The position numbers were made by a program, and so were the translations under genes. Source: Chloroflexota bacterium (GTDB taxonomy: Bacteria > Chloroflexota > Dehalococcoidia > SHYB01). Taken from it: a stretch of 63,964 bases of DNA. The stretch spans positions 1 through 63,964 of the forward strand of contig JACZVV010000002.1 of assembly GCA_022572465.1 (NCBI GenBank), read 5' to 3'. The notes below the pieces were generated by a model. That model saw nothing but the letters and a program-made list of their open reading frames with translations, was not told the origin of the DNA and searched no databases. Numbering within the stretch: position 1 is the stretch's first letter; the number at the start of each line of letters is the position of its first letter. Of the stretch, positions 7,326 to 17,164 are shown piece by piece.

Positions 7326-9185
7326 ATGGAATCCGCCATAGCGGCCCAGCTTGTCTCGGCTGTCCCGACGCACCCCGGCGTCTACATCATGAAAGACGCC
7401 GGCGCTGCCGTCCTCTACGTGGGCAAGGCCGCCAACCTCCGCAGCCGCCTGCGCTCTTACTTCGGCTCTCCTGGGGAGCTTTCGTTGAAGCTGACGGAGA
7501 TGATGCCCCGCGTGGCGGAGTTCGAATATATCGTGACCGACTCGGAGGCCGAGGCGCTGCTGCTGGAGAACAACCTGATCAAGCGCCACAAGCCGCGTTT
7601 CAACATCCGTCTCAAAGACGACAAGAACTACCCCTACATCAAGATCTCCCTGAACGAGAGCTTCCCGCGCTTGGACGTGACGCGAAAGGTCATCGACGAC
7701 GGCGGCAGATATTTCGGCCCCTTCGCCAGCGCCAAATCGATGCGCCAGACCATGGCCCTCCTCAAGCGCCTGTTCCCCTACCGATCGTGCACCAAGAAGA
7801 TCACCGGCAAGGACGCTCGGCCGTGCCTGGAGTATCACATCCATCGGTGTGTCGCGCCGTGTGTGGGCCTGGTGGATGAAAAGGAGTACAACCAGGTCAT
7901 TCAACAAGTGATCATGTTCCTCGAAGGGAAGCACGACACGGTGCTGCGTCAGCTCAACGAGGCGATGCGCCAGGCGTCGGACGCGCTCCAGTTCGAGCGG
8001 GCCGCGACGCTGCGGGACCAGGTCCGGGCCATTGAGCGGGTGGCCCAGGAGCAGAAGGTGGTGTCGCTGGTGCGCAAGGACCAGGACGTGGTCGCCGTGG
8101 CGCAGGGTGACGACGAGGCTTGGGTCGAGGTCTTCTTCATCCGGCGGGGGCTCCTCATCGGGCGCGACCACTTCATCATGGAAGGCGCCGGCAGCGAGCC
8201 GCCCGAGCGCGTCATCGGCGAGTTCGTCAAGCAGTACTATCCCACGGCCTCCCACGTGCCGGCCGAGATCCTGCTCCAGCATGAGCCCGTCGATCGCCCG
8301 GCGCTCGAGCATCTGATGCGACAGCTGAGGGGCAAGCCGGTGGTCTTCAAGGTGCCCGCGCGAGGAGAGCGCAAGAGACTGATCGACCTGGTGTCGAAGA
8401 ACGCCCATGAAGGGCTCGAGATGCGGAGAGCCAAGTGGCTGGCCGACCGGGAGAAGGTCTCGTCGGCGCTGGAGGAGGTCCAGGAGCAGCTGAGCTTGCC
8501 GGAGCTTCCCACAAGGATCGAGATCTACGACATCTCTAACATCCAAGGGACCAGCGCGGTGGGCAGCATGGTGGTGTTCGAGAACGGCAAGCCCAAGCGT
8601 TCGGCCTATCGCCGGTTCAAGATCAAGACCGTGAGCGGCGCCGACGACTACGCGATGATGCAAGAGGTGCTGCGACGGCGCTTCGGCAAGCTGGGACGCA
8701 ACGCCGACGGCGGAGCGGCGGCGTCCGAGAGCGGGGACGGTGACGATCGTGGCTGGGGCATCGTGCCGAACCTGGTGCTCATCGACGGTGGCCGGGGCCA
8801 CCTCAACGCCGCGCTGGAGGTCTTGCTGGGGCTGGGACTGGCGGCGCTCCCATTGGCCAGCATCGCCAAACGGGAGGAAGAGGTCTACATCCCGGATATG
8901 GCCGACCCCATCGCGCTGCCGCGGAACTCCCAGGGGCTGTACCTGGTGCAGCGGATGCGGGACGAGGCCCATCGCTTCGCCATTACCTACCATCGCCAGG
9001 TGCGGTCGAGGCGGGGAACGCGTTCGGCGCTGGATGACGTGAGCGGCATCGGCCCCCGCAGAAAGAAGGCGCTGATCCGGCGCTTTGGCTCGGTCCAAGG
9101 GATTCGTGACGCGGCGACGGACGAGCTGGCGGCGGTCGCCGGCATGACCCGCTCACTCGCCGAACGGGTGAAGCAGACCTTATGA
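7326..9185 (+). CDS. uvrC: Excinuclease ABC subunit C
   Basis: GIY-YIG N-terminus (GVYIMKDAGAAVLYVGKAANLRSRLRSYF), UVR motif (FERAATLRDQVRAIE), C-terminal HhH region; 619 aa. Confidence 0.95.
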   Translation: MESAIAAQLVSAVPTHPGVYIMKDAGAAVLYVGKAANLRSRLRSYFGSPGELSLKLTEMMPRVAEFEYIVTDSEAEALLLENNLIKRHKPRFNIRLKDDKNYPYIKISLNESFPRLDVTRKVIDDGGRYFGPFASAKSMRQTMALLKRLFPYRSCTKKITGKDARPCLEYHIHRCVAPCVGLVDEKEYNQVIQQVIMFLEGKHDTVLRQLNEAMRQASDALQFERAATLRDQVRAIERVAQEQKVVSLVRKDQDVVAVAQGDDEAWVEVFFIRRGLLIGRDHFIMEGAGSEPPERVIGEFVKQYYPTASHVPAEILLQHEPVDRPALEHLMRQLRGKPVVFKVPARGERKRLIDLVSKNAHEGLEMRRAKWLADREKVSSALEEVQEQLSLPELPTRIEIYDISNIQGTSAVGSMVVFENGKPKRSAYRRFKIKTVSGADDYAMMQEVLRRRFGKLGRNADGGAAASESGDGDDRGWGIVPNLVLIDGGRGHLNAALEVLLGLGLAALPLASIAKREEEVYIPDMADPIALPRNSQGLYLVQRMRDEAHRFAITYHRQVRSRRGTRSALDDVSGIGPRRKKALIRRFGSVQGIRDAATDELAAVAGMTRSLAERVKQTL

Positions 9186-9289
9186 GAGGACGCAAGGCCA
9201 TCGCCGGTCGCGTACAATCCGCTGCCCACGGCAGTCCTGGTGAATCACGCCGCCGTCGATTGCGCCCGGTACCGAGGTAGAGCCTGGCC

Positions 9290-9703
9290 GTGAGCTACTA
9301 CATCGTCGACGATATCTGCATCGGATGCGGCGCCTGCGAGTACGTCTGTCCTACGTTGGCCATCGGCCGCTTGGACAGCGAGTCGTACCGGGTGACGTTC
9401 ATCATCGACGAGATGCTGTGCAACGATTGCGACGCCTGTCCCAGCACCTGCCCCGTGGACTGCATCCATCAGGAACCCGAGTCGATCATCTGCCACGGTC
9501 GAGGCTGCCCCCTCAACGAGCGTTCGACCTTGCGCGACTGGGAGTGCTCCGAGCTGGTGGAGCGATGTCCGACGTGCGACAACGTGCTGTGGCGCGAGCC
9601 CGGAAGCGAGAAGTGGATCTGCTTCAAGTGCGATGCCGGCAAAAACACCTGCCCGAAGGTCAGGGCGGCCCAGAAGCCGGACTATCGTGTGGTGCCGCGT
9701 TAG
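9290..9703 (+). CDS. 2x[4Fe-4S] ferredoxin-domain protein with a C-terminal zinc-ribbon-like tail
   Basis: GTG start. CIGCGACEYVCP and CNDCDACPSTCP are CxxCxxCxxxCP motifs, followed by CPTC...CFKC. Confidence 0.75.
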   Translation: MSYYIVDDICIGCGACEYVCPTLAIGRLDSESYRVTFIIDEMLCNDCDACPSTCPVDCIHQEPESIICHGRGCPLNERSTLRDWECSELVERCPTCDNVLWREPGSEKWICFKCDAGKNTCPKVRAAQKPDYRVVPR

Positions 9704-9774
9704 GCGTGGTCTCTCGTGGCGAGAGGCGGTCACGTAAACGTTCGCCGAACCCCCAAGACGAGGATGGAACCGGC

Positions 9775-10248
9775 ATGCCGGAGACACCGTTCCAGGACGA
9801 GATTCTAGAGAACCATTGCTGGGGCTGCTCCCCGGTCAACGAGCACGGGCTCCAGATCAAGAGCCATTGGTCGGGCGACGAGGCGGTGTGCACGTGGCAT
9901 CCGAAGGAGTATCATCGCGCGGGCCCGGCACATGTGCTCAACGGCGGGATCATCGCCAGCATCATCGACTGTCACTGTGTCTGCGCGGCCATCGCCGCCG
10001 CGTATCGGGCCGAGAGACGGCCCATCCACAGCGACCCGCCTCTCTTCTATGCCACCGCCTCGCTGCAGATCACCTATCTGAAGCCGACGCCCATCGATGG
10101 GCCGGTGGAGCTACGAGCGAAGATCAAGGAGATGACCGACCGGAAGACGGTCCTCGATTGTTCCCTCACGGCGGCGGGAGAGGAGCGCGCCCGGGGCGAG
10201 GTGGTGGTGGTGCGGGTGCCCGCCGCCTGGTATCGGCCGCCGCGCTAG
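9775..10248 (+). CDS. PaaI/4HBT-type hotdog-fold thioesterase
   Basis: Inner ATG of ORF 9325..10248 (MPETPFQDE; 157 aa counted). The NGGIIASIIDCH block and the size fit hotdog thioesterases. Confidence 0.65.
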   Translation: MPETPFQDEILENHCWGCSPVNEHGLQIKSHWSGDEAVCTWHPKEYHRAGPAHVLNGGIIASIIDCHCVCAAIAAAYRAERRPIHSDPPLFYATASLQITYLKPTPIDGPVELRAKIKEMTDRKTVLDCSLTAAGEERARGEVVVVRVPAAWYRPPR

Positions 10249-10266
10249 CCCCGGGTCGCGTGGCCT

Positions 10267-11478
10267 CTAATACAGCACCTTGTCCGCTTCCATGGCGTCG
10301 ATCTCGGCCTCAGTGCGGCCTAGAATCTCGCCGTAGACGAACCGGTTGTACTGGCCCATCATCGTCGCGGGCCGCTGAATGCCGCCGGGCGTCTTGCTCA
10401 GCTTCCACGGGATGCCGTAGATGACCTCTTTGCCCAACGGGTGGTCCATCTCCACCCAATCCCCGCGGGCGTTGAAGTGCGGGTCGTCGAACGCCTCCTT
10501 GGCGCTGAGCGCCGGAAAGGCGGCGATCCCCGCCCGTTGGAGCTGGCGGGTCACCTGGCGGTGGGTCAGGGTCGAAGTCCATCGAGTGATGATGCCGTCC
10601 ATCTCGTCGTGGTTGGTCTGGCGGCTGTAGGTGTCGCCGAATCGCTCGTCGTCGGCCAGGTCGGGCCGCTCCATGGCGTCGCACAGGCCGCGCCACTCGT
10701 CCTCCGTCTTCACGGCGATGGTGACCCAGTTGTCCTTGCCCTTGCAGCGATAGACGCCGTGGGGCGCCATCAGGTCGTCCCGGTTCCCCTTGGGGTATTG
10801 GATGCGCCCGTTGAAGACGTAGTCCATGATGGGGCCGCCGAGGGTGGTCGCGCAGGCCTCCCACTGGGAGAGGTCGATGTACTGTCCTTTCCCGGTGCGG
10901 GCCCGGTAGCGGAGGGCCGAGAGCACCGCGAAGGCGCCGAGGATGCCCATCATCGGGTCGGGGATGCTGGTCCCGTAGGTGGTGGGACGGCTGTCGCCGA
11001 TATACCCCTGGTGAACGTCGAGCCCGCCGAGGCAGCTGATGATGTTGCCGTAGGTGGCGATCTTCGCCGAGGGGCCGTCCTGGCCCGCGGCCGAAAGGGA
11101 GATCATGATGACATCGGGCCGGAGGCTTTTGACCGCATCGTAGTCCAGCCCGTACCGTTTCACCGTTCCGGGGGTGAAGTTCTCGATCACCACGTCGGCG
11201 CTGCGCACCATGTCCCGGGCCAGCTCCTGGCCCTTGTCTGTGGTGAGGTCGAGCGTCACGCCCAGCAGGTCGCGAAAGGTGTTGGCGGCGTAGAGGCTCT
11301 CCAGGGGATAGTCCTCGTGAATCGAGGGCGGCAGGAAGCGAATGACGTCGGGCCGCTTGCGCGTCTCGATCTTGATGACCTGGGCGCCCATGTCGCCCAG
11401 CGTATGGCCCAGGACCGGCGCGGCCCAGACCCAGCCGAAGTTGATGACGCGGAGGTTTTCCAGCGGGAACTTGGTCAT
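10267..11478 (-). CDS. Family III (CaiB/BaiF) CoA-transferase, subtype A
   Basis: 403 aa; N-terminus LRVINFGWVWAAPVLGHTLGDMGAQVIKIE. Closest in-window paralog is 13982..15277. Confidence 0.85.
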   Translation of the reverse strand: MTKFPLENLRVINFGWVWAAPVLGHTLGDMGAQVIKIETRKRPDVIRFLPPSIHEDYPLESLYAANTFRDLLGVTLDLTTDKGQELARDMVRSADVVIENFTPGTVKRYGLDYDAVKSLRPDVIMISLSAAGQDGPSAKIATYGNIISCLGGLDVHQGYIGDSRPTTYGTSIPDPMMGILGAFAVLSALRYRARTGKGQYIDLSQWEACATTLGGPIMDYVFNGRIQYPKGNRDDLMAPHGVYRCKGKDNWVTIAVKTEDEWRGLCDAMERPDLADDERFGDTYSRQTNHDEMDGIITRWTSTLTHRQVTRQLQRAGIAAFPALSAKEAFDDPHFNARGDWVEMDHPLGKEVIYGIPWKLSKTPGGIQRPATMMGQYNRFVYGEILGRTEAEIDAMEADKVLY

Positions 11479-11491
11479 GGGTCGCTCCTCG

Positions 11492-12712
11492 TTAGATGAT
11501 CCCCGTGCGGCGGAGGTCGGTCAGATCGACGTTGCTGAACCCCAGGCGTCCGCCGTATATGAGCTGGTTGTGCTGGCCGAGGGTCGGTGCGGACCGGACC
11601 AGGCTCCACGGCGTCTCGGACAGGACGTAGGGCTTGCCCGGCACGCGGACCGGGCCGAGGACAGGGTGTTCGGCCTCGGCGAGGAAGCCGCGGGCGATCA
11701 TGTGCTCGTGCTCGACGATGTCGCCCGCGTTGTAGAGCGGGCCGCAGGGCACCCGCTCCGCTTGAAGGGCGGCGAAGACCTCCTCCTTGGTGCGCTCGGC
11801 GAACCAGGGGGCCATCAACTCGTCGATCTCGTCGGCGTATTCGACCCGCTCGTGGGACGGCACGTCGAAGATGGGGTCGGTGGCCCAATCGGGGCTGCCC
11901 ATGGCCCGGACCAGCCCATGCCAGTGGTGCAGCTCCAGGGGCATGATGAAGATGTAGCCGTCCTTGCACGCGTACATCCCCACCGGCGCGCCCGTCCGCG
12001 GGGCGTTGGCGCCGGTTCGTGCCCCGTGCTCGCCGGTGAGGTGATACAACGTGACGATCTGATAGCCCATGATGTGCGTCGTCAGGATGTCGGTCTCGGA
12101 GATGTCCACCAGCTGGCCCTCGCCGGTGAGGTCGCGGGCGGCGAGGGCGATCATGGTTGCGGCGGCGGCCGAGACCGCAGACCAGTGATCGGCGTGGTAC
12201 CAGGAGCCGCGCAGGGGCTCCCGGTCCGGCTCGCCGACGTACCGGTGGGCCACGCCGGACCCCTGCCAGGCCGTCAGGTCGTAGCCTTTGTAGTTGCGGT
12301 AGGGCCCGGTGCGGCCGAAGGTGGTGACCGACGTCATCACCAGGCGAGGGTTCAGCTTGCTCAGGGTATCGTAGTCCAGCCCCAACCCCTTCAGGACACC
12401 CGGCTGTTGGTTCTCCACCAGCACGTCGGCGTCGGCGATGAGGGAGGTGAAGATATCGAAGCCGGTGGCGGTGCTGGGGTCGAGGGTGACGCCGTATTTG
12501 TTGCCGTTGAGGTAGATGAAGAAGCCGCTCTTCTCGAGATTCGGCACGTCGCCGGGGAAGGGGCCGAACCGGCGGGCCTCGTCTCCGATCTTGGGCGGCT
12601 CGATCTTGATCACTTCGGCCCCCAGGTCGGCCAGCAGCTTGCCGCAGAACGGCGCCGAGATGAAGCTGCCGAACTCGACGACCTTGAGTCCTTCTAGGGC
12701 ACGGTCAGGCAC
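11492..12712 (-). CDS. Family III (CaiB/BaiF) CoA-transferase, subtype B
   Basis: 406 aa; LKVVEFGSFISAPFCGKLLADLGAEVIKIEPPKIGDEARRFGPFP. Closest paralog is 12765..13979. 13-nt gap to the downstream paralog. Confidence 0.85.
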   Translation of the reverse strand: MPDRALEGLKVVEFGSFISAPFCGKLLADLGAEVIKIEPPKIGDEARRFGPFPGDVPNLEKSGFFIYLNGNKYGVTLDPSTATGFDIFTSLIADADVLVENQQPGVLKGLGLDYDTLSKLNPRLVMTSVTTFGRTGPYRNYKGYDLTAWQGSGVAHRYVGEPDREPLRGSWYHADHWSAVSAAAATMIALAARDLTGEGQLVDISETDILTTHIMGYQIVTLYHLTGEHGARTGANAPRTGAPVGMYACKDGYIFIMPLELHHWHGLVRAMGSPDWATDPIFDVPSHERVEYADEIDELMAPWFAERTKEEVFAALQAERVPCGPLYNAGDIVEHEHMIARGFLAEAEHPVLGPVRVPGKPYVLSETPWSLVRSAPTLGQHNQLIYGGRLGFSNVDLTDLRRTGII

Positions 12713-12764
12713 GGATTACCTCCACGGGCCACAGCAAGGGGGCCTTGATTGCGGGCCGCCAACG

Positions 12765-13979
12765 CTAGATTACTCCCATTCGGGCCAACTTCACCAGGTC
12801 GGTCCGGGTAAACCCCAGACGGCCGGTCAGGACCTCCTCGTTGTGCTCGCCCAACAAGGGCGCTCGGCCCTTTTTCCAAGGCGTCGCGGCCGGCCGGAAC
12901 GGCGGGCCGGGATACTCCATCGGGCCGGCGGCCGGGTGATCGACCTCGACGAAGAACTCGCGCTGACGGAAGTGCGGGTCGGCGAACAGGTCCTCCATCG
13001 TATTGATGGGAGAGCCGGCGATCTCGTTGCACAGCTCCATGATTTCCCGCTTGGCGTGGGAGAGGATCCAGGGGAGGAAGAGCTCGTCGATCTCTTCGGC
13101 CAGGTCCAGGTTTTGGAAGTTCTCGCCGGTGTACCTGGGGTCCTCGGAGAGCTCGGGCATGCCGATCATGGAGCAGAAGATGGGCCACCAGGCCTGTTGG
13201 GCGCTGGTGAAGTGGGCGTAGCCGTCGGCGCAGGGGTAGGCCCCGAAGGGCAGCACGCTGAACCGCCGGCCGAACGCGCGGCGGAACGTCGGCTCTCCGG
13301 CGTAGGCCATGGCCATCAGCGACGCGCCGTTCCGGTCGACGCTGGAGGCCTGCCCCTCCATGATGGAGTAGTCGACGTGCTGGCCCACGCCGTCGGCTTG
13401 ACTGCCGAAGTAGGCGCCGATGGCCGCTACCGCCGCCGTGTTTCCCGCCTGGAACAGGGTAGCGGTCCCAGCGAGCTTCAACGGCTCGCGATCGGGGACG
13501 CCGGTGCAGTGCATGCCGACGCCCATGGCGTAGGCGATCAGCTCGGTCATCTCGTAGTCCCGATAGGGACCCCACTGACCGAAGCTGGAGATGGACGTGA
13601 CCACGATGTCGGGCTTGATCCGGCGAACGTCGTCGAAGCCGAAGCCCCACTTGGCCATGACGCCGGGCCGGTAGCTCTCCAGCAGGATGTCCACTTGCGG
13701 AACCAGGTCGCGGAGGATGCGACGGCCGGTCTCGGTTTTCAGGTTCACGGTGACGCTTTTTTTATTGGTGTTGAGGGCCAGGAAGACGCCGCTCTTCTCC
13801 GAATGGGGCACGTCGTTGGGGAAGGGGCCGATCCTCCGGGCGACGTCGCCCGTCCCGGGCCGCTCGATCTTGATCACCTCGGCGCCGTAGTCGGCCAGCA
13901 GCTTGGCGCAGTAGGGGCCGGCGACGGCCTGCGTGAGGTCCAGTACGGTGACGTCGGAGAGCAACGATTCCATCGCCAA
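12765..13979 (-). CDS. Family III (CaiB/BaiF) CoA-transferase, subtype B
   Basis: 404 aa; VTVLDLTQAVAGPYCAKLLADYGAEVIKIERPGTGDVARRIGPFP. 2-nt gap to the upstream paralog. Confidence 0.85.
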   Translation of the reverse strand: MAMESLLSDVTVLDLTQAVAGPYCAKLLADYGAEVIKIERPGTGDVARRIGPFPNDVPHSEKSGVFLALNTNKKSVTVNLKTETGRRILRDLVPQVDILLESYRPGVMAKWGFGFDDVRRIKPDIVVTSISSFGQWGPYRDYEMTELIAYAMGVGMHCTGVPDREPLKLAGTATLFQAGNTAAVAAIGAYFGSQADGVGQHVDYSIMEGQASSVDRNGASLMAMAYAGEPTFRRAFGRRFSVLPFGAYPCADGYAHFTSAQQAWWPIFCSMIGMPELSEDPRYTGENFQNLDLAEEIDELFLPWILSHAKREIMELCNEIAGSPINTMEDLFADPHFRQREFFVEVDHPAAGPMEYPGPPFRPAATPWKKGRAPLLGEHNEEVLTGRLGFTRTDLVKLARMGVI

Positions 13980-13981
13980 GC

Positions 13982-15277
13982 CTATTGGGCCGCCGCGCCG
14001 ACGTAGACCTCGCCGATCTGCTGCTCGTCGACGAGCCGCTGGTAGTCGCCGTCGCTATAGCCCATCAGATCCCGGTACAGATAGTCGTTATGCTGGCCCA
14101 GCGTGGGCGCCGGGCTCCGAACGTGGAGCGGCGTTTCGGAAAACCGGAAGCCTCTGCCGGGGTGGAGATGGATGCCGGCCTCGGGCTCCGACACGAGCTC
14201 GAAGAAGCCACGGGCGTGAAGGTGAGGATCGTAGTGGGCATCCTGGTAAGCGATGACCGGCCCCGACGGAACGCCCGCAGCCTGGAGCGTCTCCATGACA
14301 GCGTACTTGTCTTTGTCCTGGGCCCAGGCGCTCAGGATGCGGTCCAGCTCGTCATGGTTGCGGATCCGGTTGGACGTCGTGCCGAAGCGGGGATCGGAGG
14401 CCAGGGACGGTTGGCCGATGGCGCGGCACAGGCTGTGCCACTCGGCGTTGGACCTGACGGATATGGCCACCCAGTCGTCCTCGCCCAGGCACCGGTACAC
14501 TCCCTGGGGCGCGATGGAGACGTGGCGATTGCCGATGGATTCCTGGGACCGGCGGTTCATCGAGTAGTCCATGAATGCGGGCGTCAGGTGGTGGACCATG
14601 TTCTCGGCCTGGGACATGTCGATGAACTGGCCTACGCCGGTGCGCCGGCGATAGTGGAGCGCCGCGATGAGGGCGAAGGCGGCGCTGACTCCGGCGGCGG
14701 CGTCGGCGTGGAAGATCACGTAGGTCATGCTGGGGTCGGCGTCGGGATAGCCTCGAAGCCAGGTGTGGCCGACGATCGCCTCGGTGTTGGCGCCGAAGCC
14801 CCGGTAGCGGGCGTAGGGCCCGGTGGTGCCGAAGGCGGGCATGGCCAGATACACGATGTCGGGCCGGACAGCCCTCATCGCCTCGTAGGTTATGCCGAAC
14901 CTGGCCAGGGTCGAGGTGCGGTTGTTGTCCAGCAGCACGTCGCTGACTGCGGCCAAACGCAGGACGGCCTCCAGGCCGTCGGGCCGGGTGAGGTCGAGGG
15001 TGATGCTGCATTTGCTGCGGCCGGGGAAGTTGAAGTAACCGTAGCGGTTCCAGGGCCGCTCGCCGGGGGTGCGATCGACGTAGTAGGCGCCGCGAGCTTG
15101 CTCCAGGATGGTTGGACTCGGCCGCGGCGCCCCTCGCGAAACCTGGTCGGCGCGATTGATGGACTCGACGCGGATGACCTCGGCGCCCAGGTCGCCCAGG
15201 AGCATCGAGGCCCACGGTCCGGCCCAAACGACGGTGAAATCGAGCACGCGAATACCGTGGAGAGGGAGACGGGCCAT
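13982..15277 (-). CDS. Family III (CaiB/BaiF) CoA-transferase, subtype A
   Basis: Inner ATG 15277 (MARLPLHGIRVLDFTVVWAGPWASMLLGDLGAEVIRVE; 431 aa counted) of ORF 13982..15769. The Arg/Ser-rich 164-codon extension was rejected. Confidence 0.8.
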   Translation of the reverse strand: MARLPLHGIRVLDFTVVWAGPWASMLLGDLGAEVIRVESINRADQVSRGAPRPSPTILEQARGAYYVDRTPGERPWNRYGYFNFPGRSKCSITLDLTRPDGLEAVLRLAAVSDVLLDNNRTSTLARFGITYEAMRAVRPDIVYLAMPAFGTTGPYARYRGFGANTEAIVGHTWLRGYPDADPSMTYVIFHADAAAGVSAAFALIAALHYRRRTGVGQFIDMSQAENMVHHLTPAFMDYSMNRRSQESIGNRHVSIAPQGVYRCLGEDDWVAISVRSNAEWHSLCRAIGQPSLASDPRFGTTSNRIRNHDELDRILSAWAQDKDKYAVMETLQAAGVPSGPVIAYQDAHYDPHLHARGFFELVSEPEAGIHLHPGRGFRFSETPLHVRSPAPTLGQHNDYLYRDLMGYSDGDYQRLVDEQQIGEVYVGAAAQ

Positions 15278-15504
15278 GGTAGTCCCACCAGAAAAGGCTC
15301 GCCCCATCTTATGGAGCGGGCTCAGGGGTGTCAAGCAAAGCAACGGGAGCCGCGCGTCCTCGCGGGAAGCACGGCGGGGATGAGCCACGGTCGTCGAACG
15401 CGTCCTTACGGACGGGCTCGCGCGGGCGGACGGGCTCGCGCGGGGCCTCCGCCCCGACTCGACGCTCCCTTGCGTTAGCAGGCCCGAACAGCCTACCATT
15501 TTGG

Positions 15505-16353
15505 ATGGCGTGGCTGAACCGGCCGCGATCGGAGCCTTCGTTGACGGTGAGCAAGGAGATATCGATCGATGGCGGGCGGGCCCACTACCTCGAGTTGGGC
15601 CGCGGCAGGCCGGTCGTCTTACTGCACGGGATCCCCGGCGACTCGCGCACCTGGCGTTACAACGTCGACGTGCTGGCCAGCCGGTTTCGAGTGCTGGCGT
15701 TGGACCTGCCCGGATGGGGACGAAGCGAGATGCCCCGCCGGTTCGCCTACTCCCTGGAAGACCTCGCACGGTTCGTCCACGGATTTTCGACGGCGCTGGA
15801 GCTCGAGCGGCCGTCGCTGATGGGTCTCCATCTGGGTGGCCTGGTGGCGCTGGAAACGGCCCTCCGGCATCCCGATCAGATGGGGCGCCTGGTCGTGATT
15901 GGGGCGCCGCTCCTTTCGACGGACACGCCGTTGCGGTTGGAGCCGCCGGGTAGTCTCCTGGGACGGCTGTGGTTCAAGCTGGGGTCCGCCCGCGCGGTGA
16001 AGCGGCTGATGCGGCGGGGTTTCCTGGACCGCGGCAACCTGACAGCAGACCTGGTCCCCGGCTACGCCCGGGCCCTGCGGCGGGGGCGAACCCTTCAGGG
16101 CATCGCTTTGGGCAACGCGGCGATCCGCGAACGGTGGCCCGAGCTGCGCCGTGACCTGGCGCGTCTCGCGACGCCGACCCTGGCGGTCTGGGGAGCGGAG
16201 GACGCCGTGACGTCGCTGGACAACGCTCGATTCCTGGTGGACACGGCGCCGGACGCGGCGCTTTTCGTGGTGGGACACACAGGCCACTGCTGCCACGAGG
16301 AGGCCCCGGCCGGATTCAATCGCGCCGTCATGGAGTTCCTGGGCGGCCGCTGA
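15505..16353 (+). CDS. Alpha/beta-hydrolase-fold protein with a non-canonical nucleophile elbow
   Basis: ORF 15328..16353, ATG 15505 (MAWLNRP) chosen. VVLLHGIPGDSRTW and the C-terminal GHTGHCCHEEAP fit the fold, but the elbow reads G-L-H-L-G-G instead of G-x-S-x-G. Confidence 0.65.
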   Translation: MAWLNRPRSEPSLTVSKEISIDGGRAHYLELGRGRPVVLLHGIPGDSRTWRYNVDVLASRFRVLALDLPGWGRSEMPRRFAYSLEDLARFVHGFSTALELERPSLMGLHLGGLVALETALRHPDQMGRLVVIGAPLLSTDTPLRLEPPGSLLGRLWFKLGSARAVKRLMRRGFLDRGNLTADLVPGYARALRRGRTLQGIALGNAAIRERWPELRRDLARLATPTLAVWGAEDAVTSLDNARFLVDTAPDAALFVVGHTGHCCHEEAPAGFNRAVMEFLGGR

Positions 16354-16376
16354 GGCGGTTGAACCGCAACAACATT

Positions 16377-16442
16377 GGGCCGGAAATGCTGATGCGGCTC
16401 AGCCGCCGCCTTGCGGCGGGGCCAGGCCGGGTGCTACAATAA
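16377..16442 (+). repeat. Dispersed repeat copy 2 with an embedded promoter-like box (TTGCGG-18-TACAAT)
   Basis: GGGCCGGAAATGCTGATGCGGCTCAGCCGCCGCCTTGCGGCG...TACAATAA. Same layout as 6813..6878. Sits between the hydrolase stop and the pyrR leader. Confidence 0.7.
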
Positions 16443-17132
<690 letters not shown>

Positions 17133-17164
17133 GACGGCGGGCGACGCCGTCGGGGAGGTTGCTC

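Noticed and set aside
7266-9098. 610-aa ORF antisense to uvrC. Similar long antisense ORFs: 661..1911, 11342..12697, 12516..14006, 13985..15478, 17024..18070, 18133..19629, 21307..22575, 22924..24069, 25217..27064, 28890..30221, 34669..36477, 36735..38669, 39742..40737, 46958..48556, 48650..49819, 50907..51845, 52163..53329, 53304..55121, 55066..56379, 59742..60965.
   Set aside because: Each lies opposite a gene with clear family motifs. Their translations are Arg/Gly/Pro/His/Asp-rich low-complexity strings with no recognisable motifs. Stop-codon depletion in ~65% GC DNA produces such shadow ORFs.
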